32,000 nucleotides of DNA from Candidatus Heimdallarchaeota archaeon B3_Heim (GCA_003144275.1 NJBF01000039.1:1-32000); one strand, 5' to 3'; counted from the first letter of the stretch, positions 8,575-17,335 are shown. The notes: generated by a model not told the origin, from the sequence alone. A program made the numbers and translations.

Positions 8575-9567
8575 ATGCCTTCAAAAATTGACGGAATCCT
8601 ATCGCTCCATACTCAGATAGAAAAGTTGTCATCTAACCATCTCCAAACGAAATATGATTTGACACAAGAGCTCAAAGAGCTTGCTCAACAAGAAAAATTA
8701 ATTAAAACTGAAAATGATGAGCTAAAGGAAGCAGTGGTACGGCTTCAGACAGAATCTAAACCTGAACGTAAGGTCGAAGATATAACGAAACTAATTACGA
8801 CCATCAATGAACTCGAAAGTGAAATATCAAAAAATGAATTACAAAATTCAGAATTGGAATCAGAGCTAACTGTTAAAAAAACTGAGCACGGAATTTTAGC
8901 AAATAAAATTAAGATATTGCAAAATGAGAAAGAGGAGCTTGAAACCTCAAGCAATCAAAAGAAAGCAGAACGCTCTCGTGCGAAAAAAACCAGTGCAAAA
9001 GTACGAAGTGAACGAGAACGACTTAACAGGTTACGACAGCAAATAGAAAGAAAAGAAGAAACAAAAAAGAATTTAGAGTCAGCTACACAGACATTAAGTA
9101 TAATAGAACAAGTGATAGTTTCATCTTCTCCTGTTTCTGATTCAGATTCAAAAGGTATACCACCAGAAGTCACTGCAGAGATAAAAGAATTGATTTTAAC
9201 ATCGAAACGTACTTTTGATGAGGCACAAACAAAGTTTTCTTCCACAGATCTGACTCCATTTCTACTTGATGCAGCTAAGGCTTATCGACTTGGCGTAAAG
9301 GCATTTATCTTATTATGCGACAGGATGGCTAACAAGATTGTAGAGCAACCATTAGGTGAACAGGCATTTGAAATTGTAAATTATGGCTTAATTCTTAATA
9401 CCCGGCACCTCAAAGCAGTGGATGCAATGTTACAAAAATTGGAAAAGGGGGTAGAAATTGCCCCATTAGCAAGCTTTGCCAATGAAGTTCGAGATTATTT
9501 CATAGAAAATTTATCCTTACTTAGACTTGCAGGTGAGACTCTAGATCTGGAATTGCTAAAAAAATAA
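8575..9567 (+). CDS. Coiled-coil protein with C-terminal helical (possibly HEPN-like) domain
   Basis: About 180 aa of heptad-rich coiled coil, a Ser-rich linker (SSSPVSDSDSKG), then a ~130-aa helical domain. Starts 6 bp after the previous stop. Confidence 0.8.
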   Translation: MPSKIDGILSLHTQIEKLSSNHLQTKYDLTQELKELAQQEKLIKTENDELKEAVVRLQTESKPERKVEDITKLITTINELESEISKNELQNSELESELTVKKTEHGILANKIKILQNEKEELETSSNQKKAERSRAKKTSAKVRSERERLNRLRQQIERKEETKKNLESATQTLSIIEQVIVSSSPVSDSDSKGIPPEVTAEIKELILTSKRTFDEAQTKFSSTDLTPFLLDAAKAYRLGVKAFILLCDRMANKIVEQPLGEQAFEIVNYGLILNTRHLKAVDAMLQKLEKGVEIAPLASFANEVRDYFIENLSLLRLAGETLDLELLKK

Positions 9568-9574
9568 AAAAAAA
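9568..9574 (-). terminator. Possible archaeal oligo(T) terminator on the minus strand
   Basis: An A-run on + (T-run on -) lies just downstream of the stop of the minus-strand gene at 9581, in a short convergent gap. Confidence 0.3.
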
Positions 9575-9580
9575 GGGAAA

Positions 9581-10672
9581 TTAGATTAGTGATTTCCGAT
9601 CACTAGCTTTCCAAGACCCAAATTTAAATACATCATAGAGTGCTGACACAAAAGAAGTTACAGCGGCTAATCCGATTATTACTCTCATAATCAAATCAGC
9701 ATTTTGGATAAATTGGTATGTAGTAGGATTAGTCAATATATCGGAAGGAGCAGTAGCAGTTATTGCCGCAAAGAGAGTAAAGGGGAAGTAAATTACCACA
9801 ACCACTCCTGATATTCCACCTACGATATTTTTCAAAGCTGAAGCTAGACGAGTAACCCTAATTCTTCCAAACAAAACCAAAAAGGCATTATATGCGAGAC
9901 TAACACTCAACGAAAAATAAACTGCAAACCCACTAATCACAAACCAGTTTGTATTAAACAAAGGGATATCGGATATTTCTAAATAAAGTAAAAAGGCGAT
10001 AGCGATTACAGTAAGTAAGCCACCAAGGAAACCTCCAAGATGTTGCCCAAAAGCAGGCCAAAAACTGACCTCAGAAGGTTTTGATTCATCTTTTACATAA
10101 TAAAAATCTAACGATTTTTTCGGAACTGGAGTTGTCCTTTTATTAAATTCTGTTTTAATATCCTCATATGACTTCTGGAATGAAACGCGTAATTTTAACA
10201 TTTGCTCCTTGAAGGTTTTTTCATCAGTGATATATAAAGCCATAATAAAGAATGCTATTCCAATAAAACCCATAACAAAAGATAAAAAAGCAACGAATGG
10301 ATCATTTGTAGCGATCTGGATGATCCATGCAATTATCATAATTCCAATAAATCCAGCCATGGCAAGTATGATAAACTGTTCATTCTGAATCTTGGATTCA
10401 GGTCGAGTTAATGGATTTTTCCATTCTGTAGCGATATTGGATTCCTCTTCAAGAAATTTCGTTGCTAGAATTTTAGGATCTTCCATAATCATTATAGCTT
10501 GTTCAAAGGATTCGTGAATAGTTAGTCCTTTCTCTTTTTCGGATATGTTATGAGCAAGATCCCAGATATGAGCTTGTAATTCCTTCAAAATTTGTTCTTT
10601 ATCAGCTAAAGGGTCTAAATATCTGCCAACCTCAGCTAAATAGTCATCAATTTCTTTATATGTCGTATTCAT
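9581..10672 (-). CDS. PadR-associated membrane protein (HAAS/DUF1700-like N-terminal signalling domain plus TM region)
   Basis: N-terminus IDDYLAEVGRYL...KEQILKELQAHIWD...AIMIMEDPKILATKF matches the 'YL..L...L.....EIL.E+..H+.D...A+..LG.P..+A' pattern typical downstream of padR. Two TM blocks follow; 4-nt overlap with the padR stop. Confidence 0.8.
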   Translation of the reverse strand: MNTTYKEIDDYLAEVGRYLDPLADKEQILKELQAHIWDLAHNISEKEKGLTIHESFEQAIMIMEDPKILATKFLEEESNIATEWKNPLTRPESKIQNEQFIILAMAGFIGIMIIAWIIQIATNDPFVAFLSFVMGFIGIAFFIMALYITDEKTFKEQMLKLRVSFQKSYEDIKTEFNKRTTPVPKKSLDFYYVKDESKPSEVSFWPAFGQHLGGFLGGLLTVIAIAFLLYLEISDIPLFNTNWFVISGFAVYFSLSVSLAYNAFLVLFGRIRVTRLASALKNIVGGISGVVVVIYFPFTLFAAITATAPSDILTNPTTYQFIQNADLIMRVIIGLAAVTSFVSALYDVFKFGSWKASDRKSLI

Positions 10673-11070
10673 TTTAGTTCACTTTCAGTGTTTTCAATTA
10701 AATCTTCAAGGATCCCATAATAGTGAATCCAATTCTGCCAAAGAGCTTGATAGGCCCGTTCACCCCTCTGAGTCAAACGGTAGTGCTTACGTGCAGGTCC
10801 GGAGGATGAAACTTTTAATTCATGTTCAACCATCTGTTCTTTTTCAAAACGTCTCAGAATTGCATAAAACGTGGCTTTGGTACCATCAAGCTCTCCTTGA
10901 GTGGCCTCGATTAGTTTTTCTCCAATTAAATAACCATAAATACCTTCATCTTGATATTTCTTTATAATAGCTAGTAATGCAAGACGATTAGCATTGTTTA
11001 AGAGATTGATAATCTCTTTGGTCACCCATTGAGTAATTTCATCAGTTTCTGTCAAAGCGTAATACCTCAA
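10669..11070 (-). CDS. padR: PadR family winged-helix transcriptional regulator
   Basis: LLAIIKKYQDEGIYGYLIGEKL...GTKATFYAILRRFEKEQMV...SSSGPARKHYRLTQRG matches the PadR pattern (YGY, LY..L.RLE..G.V, GP.RK.Y.LT..G). The start may be the TTG at 11055. Confidence 0.92.
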   Translation of the reverse strand: MRYYALTETDEITQWVTKEIINLLNNANRLALLAIIKKYQDEGIYGYLIGEKLIEATQGELDGTKATFYAILRRFEKEQMVEHELKVSSSGPARKHYRLTQRGERAYQALWQNWIHYYGILEDLIENTESELK

Positions 11071-11071
11071 A

Positions 11072-11089
11072 TAGTATTATCATCTACTA
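11072..11089. promoter_or_regulatory. Inverted repeat TAGTA-N8-TACTA just upstream of padR (candidate autoregulatory operator)
   Basis: tagta-ttatcatc-tacta, with 5-bp arms and an 8-bp spacer, directly adjoins the padR start. Short arms in AT-rich DNA could arise by chance. Confidence 0.35.
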
Positions 11090-11220
11090 ATAGCAACACT
11101 ATTCTATGCTTAAAAGTACTGCTGTTGAGGCATATAATTCATATCAATTAAACCCTGAAAATCATCAAATTTTCATGGTTCGATGTCCCACCAATTTCTT
11201 TTCATCCTTTTTGACGATTT

Positions 11221-11313
11221 TTTGTTGAAGCTCAAGGTGGTTCTCTTTGGGCAGAAAGTTAAGGAATTAGGCTAGGATCAACGTTTATATTAGAATTACC
11301 TCTTCTAAAATAA
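11221..11313 (+). pseudogene. Relic of a histidine-kinase HATPase_c C-terminus
   Basis: Translates FVEAQGGSLWAES*GIRLGSTFILELPLLK*, matching the kinase terminal consensus IVEAHGGxIWxES-x-G-x-G-x-GSTFxxxLP. It has an in-frame TAA at 11260-11262, and the upstream frame is closed. Confidence 0.75.
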
Positions 11314-11392
11314 AAAATTCACCCTTCTGATTAAACAAAGGTAGAGAGTAAGGATATCGGTAATAAAAGGGACTATATTAATAAAAAATCAT

Positions 11393-11416
11393 TATTTCGG
11401 GAAGACATCCGAAATA
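11393..11416. promoter_or_regulatory. Perfect 8-bp inverted repeat TATTTCGG-N8-CCGAAATA upstream of the ABC operon
   Basis: tatttcgg (11393-11400), gaagacat, ccgaaata (11409-11416); ends 85 bp before the ATG at 11502. Could be an operator or an RNA hairpin. Confidence 0.45.
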
Positions 11417-11501
11417 TATTACCCTCATCTTTAGTTTTTTATACTCATTTTTTAGCTGGTATATTTATTATCTAAAAATCTTTGATTAAGTTGAATTAAT
11501 C

Positions 11502-12431
11502 ATGAGCTCTGATATAATTACTACGGATCAGCTTTCTAAGTTTTATGGTTCCATTCTAGGTATACATGAGGTTTCAATCAAGGTTCCACCTGGAGGAGTT
11601 GGATTCCTTGGCCCCAACGGAGCAGGAAAGACAACATTAATCCGAACGTTGTTAGGAATCATTCGTCCAACAAAAGGAACCGCCCATGTCTTAGGATACA
11701 ATATCAAATCGGAAATAAATCAAGTTAGGGATCGGATTGGGTATATTCCTGAATTTAATACATCTTTTATTCCCGATATGACTGCTATGAAATTTGTAGC
11801 CTTCTGTGGTCGGATGAATGGTCTTGCTAATGCCGAATCGAAACAACGGGCAAGTGATTCTTTGTATTATGTTGGTCTCGGGGAGGAAAGATATCGAAAA
11901 TTAGGAACATTCTCCCTCGGAATGAAGCAGAAAGTTAAACTTGCATCTGCTCTGGTTCATGATCCAGATATCATAATTGCTGATGAACCAACAAATGGTT
12001 TAGACCCAACAGGTCGCAATCAGATGCTAGATTTAATAAAGAATTTACAGATAGATCAGAACAAGCACGTTATCTTAAGCTCACATTTATTAAGAGATGT
12101 AGAACAGACAACAGATTATGCAATTGTATTTTCTGAGGGAGAAATATTAGCTCAAGGCAAAATTAAAGAGTTAACCTCTGGTCAAAGAACTTCTATCAGT
12201 GTAAAAGTAAAATTCAACGAGGATCTGTTCATTAGAAATCTTAAGGATAAGGGATATGAGGTTTGGGATGAAGGAGGATTTATCGAAGTAAAAATTTCTA
12301 GTGATACAGAGAAAGCGATTTTCAATGCTGCTTATACCGCTGGAACTGAAATTAGATATTTTGGAAGTCGTTCTAACACACTAGAGGATGTTTTTGTTGA
12401 TTTATTCCAAAATAAGGAGGGGATAAAATGA
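11502..12431 (+). CDS. ABC-2 type transporter ATP-binding protein
   Basis: Walker A GPNGAGKT, signature FSLGMKQK, Walker B IIIADEPTNGLDP, H-loop SSH. Confidence 0.95.
   Translation: MSSDIITTDQLSKFYGSILGIHEVSIKVPPGGVGFLGPNGAGKTTLIRTLLGIIRPTKGTAHVLGYNIKSEINQVRDRIGYIPEFNTSFIPDMTAMKFVAFCGRMNGLANAESKQRASDSLYYVGLGEERYRKLGTFSLGMKQKVKLASALVHDPDIIIADEPTNGLDPTGRNQMLDLIKNLQIDQNKHVILSSHLLRDVEQTTDYAIVFSEGEILAQGKIKELTSGQRTSISVKVKFNEDLFIRNLKDKGYEVWDEGGFIEVKISSDTEKAIFNAAYTAGTEIRYFGSRSNTLEDVFVDLFQNKEGIK
12414..12420 (+). promoter_or_regulatory. Shine-Dalgarno site (AAGGAGG)
   Basis: 7 nt before the ATG at 12428. Similar sites: AGGAGG 13421-13426 (before TTG 13435), GGAGGA 14360-14365 (before ATG 14375), minus-strand GGGTGA 22558-22563 and GGAGGGGG 28805-28812. 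Confidence 0.7.
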
Positions 12432-13438
12432 GCGACCAATCAACAAAAAATGATGCCTATGTCAGAAAGTTTTCTTTTCGGCCGTTCACAGGATTACGGC
12501 GGGGACGAATTTTCCGAATGTGGTCAATTTCTTGGCAATGGTGGATTCACGAATGGGATCGATCTCGAGCAATAAAAGTTCTAATAGGTTTCCAAATTTT
12601 TATTCTTTTTTTAACCAACATTTTTGTCCTCACCTTCAAAGACATTCAGCTTCAAGCGGATCCAACCTTAACTACTGGACAAATCCTAGAGGACACATTA
12701 ATTCCTTTAGTACGCGGGATAGTGAGTTTTCAGACCAGAATTCGTGGAGAAAGTGCTGGCCATGGCGACGAGTTTGGAACATCTTTTTCCATTGGAGGAA
12801 CAAGTCTTTTCATTCTGCTACTTGCTGTTCTTGTTGGCTCAGGACTAATAGCTGATGATATTACAAATAAAACAAATGAGATTTATTATTCAAAATTAGA
12901 AAAATACGAATATATCATGGGTAAGTTTGGAGCGTTCTTTATATTCGGCAATGTCATGATAACTCTCCCTTACGTTTTAGAATTCTTTCTACTTTACATT
13001 GGATTAGGAAATATGGACTTTCTAGCTGTCTTACCAGTATTAGTTCATGTAATCCTCTTCACTGAATTAGTAAATATAACTTATGCGGCAATCATCCTAG
13101 CATTTTCTTCCTTGACTGGTAGACGGTTATATGCAGGTCTTACAACCTTCATGCTTTTATTCCTTGCAAATATGATTGTCCCCTCATTGGCTTTTGCTCA
13201 AGGAGGTGAAGTCGGACTTCAGCTATTAACTGACGTTTTAACTCTGCTTCTTGTCAGTTCCTATCTTTTAGACGGAGAATCGATAATTAGATTGGATCTT
13301 TTAGGTAGAGAACACACTCTAAATCTCGCGAACGGAATCGGAATTGAGGGATGGATGATTATAGGAAGTTTGGGATTATTCATCTTTTTAGGAATCTCGA
13401 TTGTAATTCTGCAGGTCTATAGGAGGCATAGCGCTTGA
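12428..13438 (+). CDS. ABC-2 type transporter permease
   Basis: Multiple TM helices; GSGLIADDITNKTNEIYYSKLEKYEYIMGKF matches the ABC-2 'G..LIA.D.....L.YxSxP+.R..Y+.GK' loop; 4-nt overlaps with both ATPase genes. Confidence 0.88.
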   Translation: MSDQSTKNDAYVRKFSFRPFTGLRRGRIFRMWSISWQWWIHEWDRSRAIKVLIGFQIFILFLTNIFVLTFKDIQLQADPTLTTGQILEDTLIPLVRGIVSFQTRIRGESAGHGDEFGTSFSIGGTSLFILLLAVLVGSGLIADDITNKTNEIYYSKLEKYEYIMGKFGAFFIFGNVMITLPYVLEFFLLYIGLGNMDFLAVLPVLVHVILFTELVNITYAAIILAFSSLTGRRLYAGLTTFMLLFLANMIVPSLAFAQGGEVGLQLLTDVLTLLLVSSYLLDGESIIRLDLLGREHTLNLANGIGIEGWMIIGSLGLFIFLGISIVILQVYRRHSA

Positions 13439-14355
13439 TCGAATTAGAAAACGTATCTAAATCATTTGGAGATGTTGTTGCAATATCAAATATGAGTATG
13501 CATGTTAAAACAGGCACGATAACTGGGTTCCTTGGCCCAAATGGAGCTGGAAAATCGACCACATTAAAAGTTGTTATGGGTGAGATTTTTCCAGATCTTG
13601 GAACCGTTAATGTTCTTGGTGAAAATCCTGTTAATAATATCAAGCTCAAACAAAGAACTGGATATGTTTCAGAACATGATGACTTGTATCAATGGATGAA
13701 AGGAAAACAATTCGTATCATCTCTTGCAAGATTACTGCTTCCTCGTGAAGAAGCCGAACGTGCAGCAAAAGAGGCATTAAAAACAGTTGGATTAGCAGTC
13801 AAAGGAAAAAAAATTCAAGCGTATTCGAAAGGAATGAGACAAAGACTGAAGGTAGCTGCCGCAATCGTTCACAATCCAGATCTACTTATCTTAGATGAAC
13901 CTTTTGGGGGCCTTGATCCTTTAGGTCGTCGTGAAATGAAAAAACTCGTTTCAAATCTCAATCAAGATGGTGTTACAATTCTAATTTCAAGCCATATTTT
14001 ATATGAGCTTGATCAAATGAGCACGAACATGATTCTCATTCATCGTGGACAAACTCTTGCTGAAGGCGCTCCCTCTGAAATTTTAGAATTAATTGATCAG
14101 TTTCCACATCAAATATTAATTCATGCTCCAATTGATCAACTTAAAAATCTTTCAAAACTAATGATTGATGAATCAATTGTTAATTCTTTGAAATTCGGTG
14201 CTGACAAATCCTCCACAGATTTAGTTGCAATTACAAACAATCCAAAGGAGTTTTATCCCAAAATTACTCAGTTGATTGCAGAGAATAATCTCTTTGTTGA
14301 GCATCTTGAAAGTAAGACTGACAACATCGAAGCAATTTTTGAGTTTCTAACATAA
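13435..14355 (+). CDS. ABC-2 type transporter ATP-binding protein (second ATPase)
   Basis: GPNGAGKS, YSKGMRQR, LLILDEPFGGLDP, ISSH; TTG start supported by an SD site. Confidence 0.95.
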   Translation: MIELENVSKSFGDVVAISNMSMHVKTGTITGFLGPNGAGKSTTLKVVMGEIFPDLGTVNVLGENPVNNIKLKQRTGYVSEHDDLYQWMKGKQFVSSLARLLLPREEAERAAKEALKTVGLAVKGKKIQAYSKGMRQRLKVAAAIVHNPDLLILDEPFGGLDPLGRREMKKLVSNLNQDGVTILISSHILYELDQMSTNMILIHRGQTLAEGAPSEILELIDQFPHQILIHAPIDQLKNLSKLMIDESIVNSLKFGADKSSTDLVAITNNPKEFYPKITQLIAENNLFVEHLESKTDNIEAIFEFLT

Positions 14356-14374
14356 AAATGGAGGAATAAGAGAT

Positions 14375-15181
14375 ATGGTGAACAAACAAAACAATACAAA
14401 ATACGAATATTCTCCTCCTCTGTTTTCACGGGGAATTTTCTTAATCCAAATATTCTTGAATAAATATGTCTATGATAAAAAGACATATATTCTAATACTG
14501 ATAAGTGTTCTCCCCTTATTAACGATTGGCAATATCCATCAACCTGGAATTGAAGATTACGTAGATCTCATTGGCCCCATATCCATTTTTACTTTTATTA
14601 TTATGCCTTTAATTTCCTTAATATTAGGTGTAACAGCCATCTCGGACGAAAAAGAAAATAAAACAATCAGTCAACTGTTAGCACGTCCAGTAAGACGAGA
14701 GGAAATAGTTATCTCCAAATGGATTACTATTATGATTATTGGCCTAATAATTACCACAATTAACAGTACTATTTTATATCTAGGATTTTATATCCTTCTG
14801 CCAGGATCTATTAGCCTACTCGGTAATTTATCTGTATTACTTGGAACGTGGATGTATTTAGGATTATGGTTTGGGGTTTACGCAACAATTTTCCTTTTCG
14901 TTGGGGTATTTTTAGATAAAAATGCTATTGGACTGGGTTTAGCAATTGCGTATTTTGAAGCTTTTTTTGGACAATTCATTTTTGGAGCCTTTTCTGGAAA
15001 TTCTCCTTTTTCAGTTGCAAACCATATTTACTACATTGCTTCAGAATTTTTCTTGAGCGATTATATCTCGTTTAATATAGCAAAATTCGAGCCAATCTCT
15101 TCTGTTCTTGTCTGCATTGGATTAGTATTTGGATTTCTATTTCTCGCTGCATTCACGATGCGACGTAAAGATTTCCCCTAG
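14375..15181 (+). CDS. ABC-2 type transporter permease (second permease)
   Basis: AISDEKENKTISQLLARPVRREEIVISKW is a classic ABC-2 permease loop; about 6 TM helices; ends RRKDFP. Confidence 0.9.
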   Translation: MVNKQNNTKYEYSPPLFSRGIFLIQIFLNKYVYDKKTYILILISVLPLLTIGNIHQPGIEDYVDLIGPISIFTFIIMPLISLILGVTAISDEKENKTISQLLARPVRREEIVISKWITIMIIGLIITTINSTILYLGFYILLPGSISLLGNLSVLLGTWMYLGLWFGVYATIFLFVGVFLDKNAIGLGLAIAYFEAFFGQFIFGAFSGNSPFSVANHIYYIASEFFLSDYISFNIAKFEPISSVLVCIGLVFGFLFLAAFTMRRKDFP

Positions 15182-16041
15182 TTTCTCTTTTTTTTCCTTC
15201 TAATAACAAAAGATACTGAAATTAATGCGCTGAATACCGCAAAAAAGTCAAATCTGCTAATATAATCTAATTCCTCTTCTCGTTCAAGTCGAATGTCTAG
15301 AGAAAAACTAGCAGAATTACTATTATTTACTGATCCCTCCATATCTGAATTGATATCGTAGAATACTAATACTCCATTCTTTTTCTCCCACTTAAATTCA
15401 GCTGCATAAACAAAGTCCAAAACAATTCCTGTAGATCTATCATTCATAGTACCAGAGTATTCTACTTCCATGATGAAATATTTCTTTGTTTCCTCATAAT
15501 CCAAATAAAGAACTGTCTCAATTCCTTCCAATGCTCCATCTAATTCTGGAATGGATTGATTCCAAATATTGAAAATTGATAACCAAGGTAGGGTGACGGG
15601 TATTACAAAAAATTCGTCTCCAGCTGATACTCCAGAAGAATTATCTAGGAAATTGACATCGTTTCCTAGGACACTGAGGCCTAATGCATTTTGAATCCCC
15701 AAAATGACTTGGGACTCATTACTTTCAATATTTACCTCGCTTATGCTTGATTTGAGTTGATACACAACATAAACTGGATCTTCATCATTAACGGCAACGA
15801 TACTGAGGTTAAATGTTGTTCCTACGGGAATGATTTCCTTTCCCAGCATATATCCTCTTGTTGAAATTTCCGTACTAAAGAATCCAAAGGAATAAGCAAA
15901 AGTTCTTTTTGCAGCTACTACTGTATAGGTCCATTGGTCTTCGGAATCAACATTATAGCTTGAAAAGCTAGCCTCAACTGTGAACGGAGTGAGAAGTACT
16001 AAGAGGAACAGGGAAAGAACAGAAATATACCTAATTTGCAA
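15178..16041 (-). CDS. Secreted/surface protein with C-terminal membrane anchor
   Basis: Signal-like segment (LQIRYISVLSLFLLVLLTPFTVEA) suggests a TTG start at 16041 rather than 16134. A beta-rich body is followed by TM plus basic tail FDFFAVFSALISVSFVIRRKKKRN. Many sequons (NLS, NSS, NQS, NNS). Confidence 0.75.
   Translation of the reverse strand: MQIRYISVLSLFLLVLLTPFTVEASFSSYNVDSEDQWTYTVVAAKRTFAYSFGFFSTEISTRGYMLGKEIIPVGTTFNLSIVAVNDEDPVYVVYQLKSSISEVNIESNESQVILGIQNALGLSVLGNDVNFLDNSSGVSAGDEFFVIPVTLPWLSIFNIWNQSIPELDGALEGIETVLYLDYEETKKYFIMEVEYSGTMNDRSTGIVLDFVYAAEFKWEKKNGVLVFYDINSDMEGSVNNSNSASFSLDIRLEREEELDYISRFDFFAVFSALISVSFVIRRKKKRN
15188..15195 (+). terminator. Possible oligo(T) terminator of the ABC operon
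   Basis: T8 run 6 nt after the permease stop. It also encodes the basic tail (KKK) of the opposite-strand gene, so it may be a coding by-product. Confidence 0.3.
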
Positions 16042-16174
16042 TGCTCGTTTAAGAACTCTCAAATCACTCACATAACCAAAATACTTTGAGATATAAAAAT
16101 ATTCAGATGTAGGATTCGTCAATATACTCTTCAAGTATAACTTAAGAGATTATAGTGATTTAACGTTAAGAAAT

Positions 16175-17335
16175 TCATCCCATATAATCTCTAATTCGCT
16201 TAAACGCTTCTTTAATCTCTTCTTCAGACCTAGAAAAAGCAACACGGAAATATCCATCTGCTGAATTCCCAAATGCCGTACCAGGAATTGTGGCAACATT
16301 TGCATTATTTAGAATTTCCTCTGCTACAAGCTCTGATGGCTTATCTGAATGGGAATATTTGACAAAGCCATAAAATGCTCCATCAACACTATCGAGTGAT
16401 AATCCATCTATCTTAGATATTTCATCTAGTAACAATTGTCTACGGACAGGAAATACTTCTTCAATTACTTTTTGAGCTTCAAACCTTTGTTCCAAAGCGG
16501 TTACCGCACCCCATTGGCAAAAAGTAGTTGCACAACTTGTACTTGCCTGTATAAATCGTAAAATACCTTGAGACAACGTTTCATTCGCAATAGAATATCC
16601 GAGACGGAAACCAGTCATGCTGTACGTTTTAGAAAAGCCATTCACAACAATAATGTTGTCTCTCCAGTTTTCCAATTCAGTTAAAATAGTTTTGAAGGAG
16701 CTGGGAATATACATATAGTCGTTATAGATTTCATCTGCAATTATCGTAAGATTCGTATCCTCGATCAAATCCTTCACAAATGAGAGCTCTTGGGAGGAAA
16801 TTATATGTCCAGTCGGATTATTTGGAGAATTTATGAGAAGTGCTTTAACGTCAGTATTTGAGATAGTTTCTTTGACCAACTCCTGATTAAGAGAAAAGTC
16901 ATCCTGCATGGGGATAGTCAAAAATTGTCCACCAGAGAGACGCGCCATATCGGGATAGGAAACCCAATACGGTTCAGGAAATAGAATTTTTTCTCCCCGA
17001 TTAAGTAGGGCATAAATTGATGCCAGAATACTCTGTTTTGCCCCTGAAGTTACAATAATTTCCTCATTTGGATTTATATCAACAGAAAAATCCTCTGCAT
17101 AGACAGAAGCTATCTTACTTCTTAATTCTGGGATTCCTGAACTGATAGCATATGTTGTTTTTCCTTGATTAATCGCTTCGATAGTGGCGTTCACAATAGA
17201 TTGTAAAGGTTGGAAATCTGGTTGGCCTATTTCCAAATGAATTATATTATGTCCATTGGCTTCTCTTTCTTTTGCTAATCGAAAAAATTTTGCCGTAGGA
17301 GACCCTTGAAGTTGTTTAAGCTGTTCTGATAGCAT
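16175..17335 (-). CDS. aspC: PLP-dependent class I/II aminotransferase (aspartate aminotransferase type)
   Basis: HLEIGQPDF, GIPELR, GAKQ, NSPNNPTG, ADEIY, PLP-lysine motif GFSKTYSMTGFRLGY, PGTAFG and YFRVAF. Substrate assignment is by family only. Confidence 0.9.
   Translation of the reverse strand: MLSEQLKQLQGSPTAKFFRLAKEREANGHNIIHLEIGQPDFQPLQSIVNATIEAINQGKTTYAISSGIPELRSKIASVYAEDFSVDINPNEEIIVTSGAKQSILASIYALLNRGEKILFPEPYWVSYPDMARLSGGQFLTIPMQDDFSLNQELVKETISNTDVKALLINSPNNPTGHIISSQELSFVKDLIEDTNLTIIADEIYNDYMYIPSSFKTILTELENWRDNIIVVNGFSKTYSMTGFRLGYSIANETLSQGILRFIQASTSCATTFCQWGAVTALEQRFEAQKVIEEVFPVRRQLLLDEISKIDGLSLDSVDGAFYGFVKYSHSDKPSELVAEEILNNANVATIPGTAFGNSADGYFRVAFSRSEEEIKEAFKRIRDYMG

Noticed and set aside
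5132-9245. Short ORFs 5132..5392, 6392..6649, 8745..8954, 8955..9245
   Set aside because: Antisense to mtaD, the FG-GAP gene or the coiled-coil gene; composition is explained by the opposite strand.
8017-9567. Coiled-coil genes as ESCRT-III, SMC or prefoldin
   Set aside because: No Walker motifs or hinge (SMC), no recognisable Snf7 basic/acidic pattern with MIM, and no prefoldin beta-hairpin; no Vps4 or cdv neighbours.
11089-11103. Second short palindrome AATAG-N5-CTATT upstream of padR
   Set aside because: 5-bp AT-rich arms are expected by chance; no independent support.
12520-14486. ORFs 12520..12855, 13380..13649, 14268..14486
   Set aside because: Alternative-frame or antisense ORFs within the ABC operon; 13380..13649 is the familiar antisense shadow of a Walker A region.
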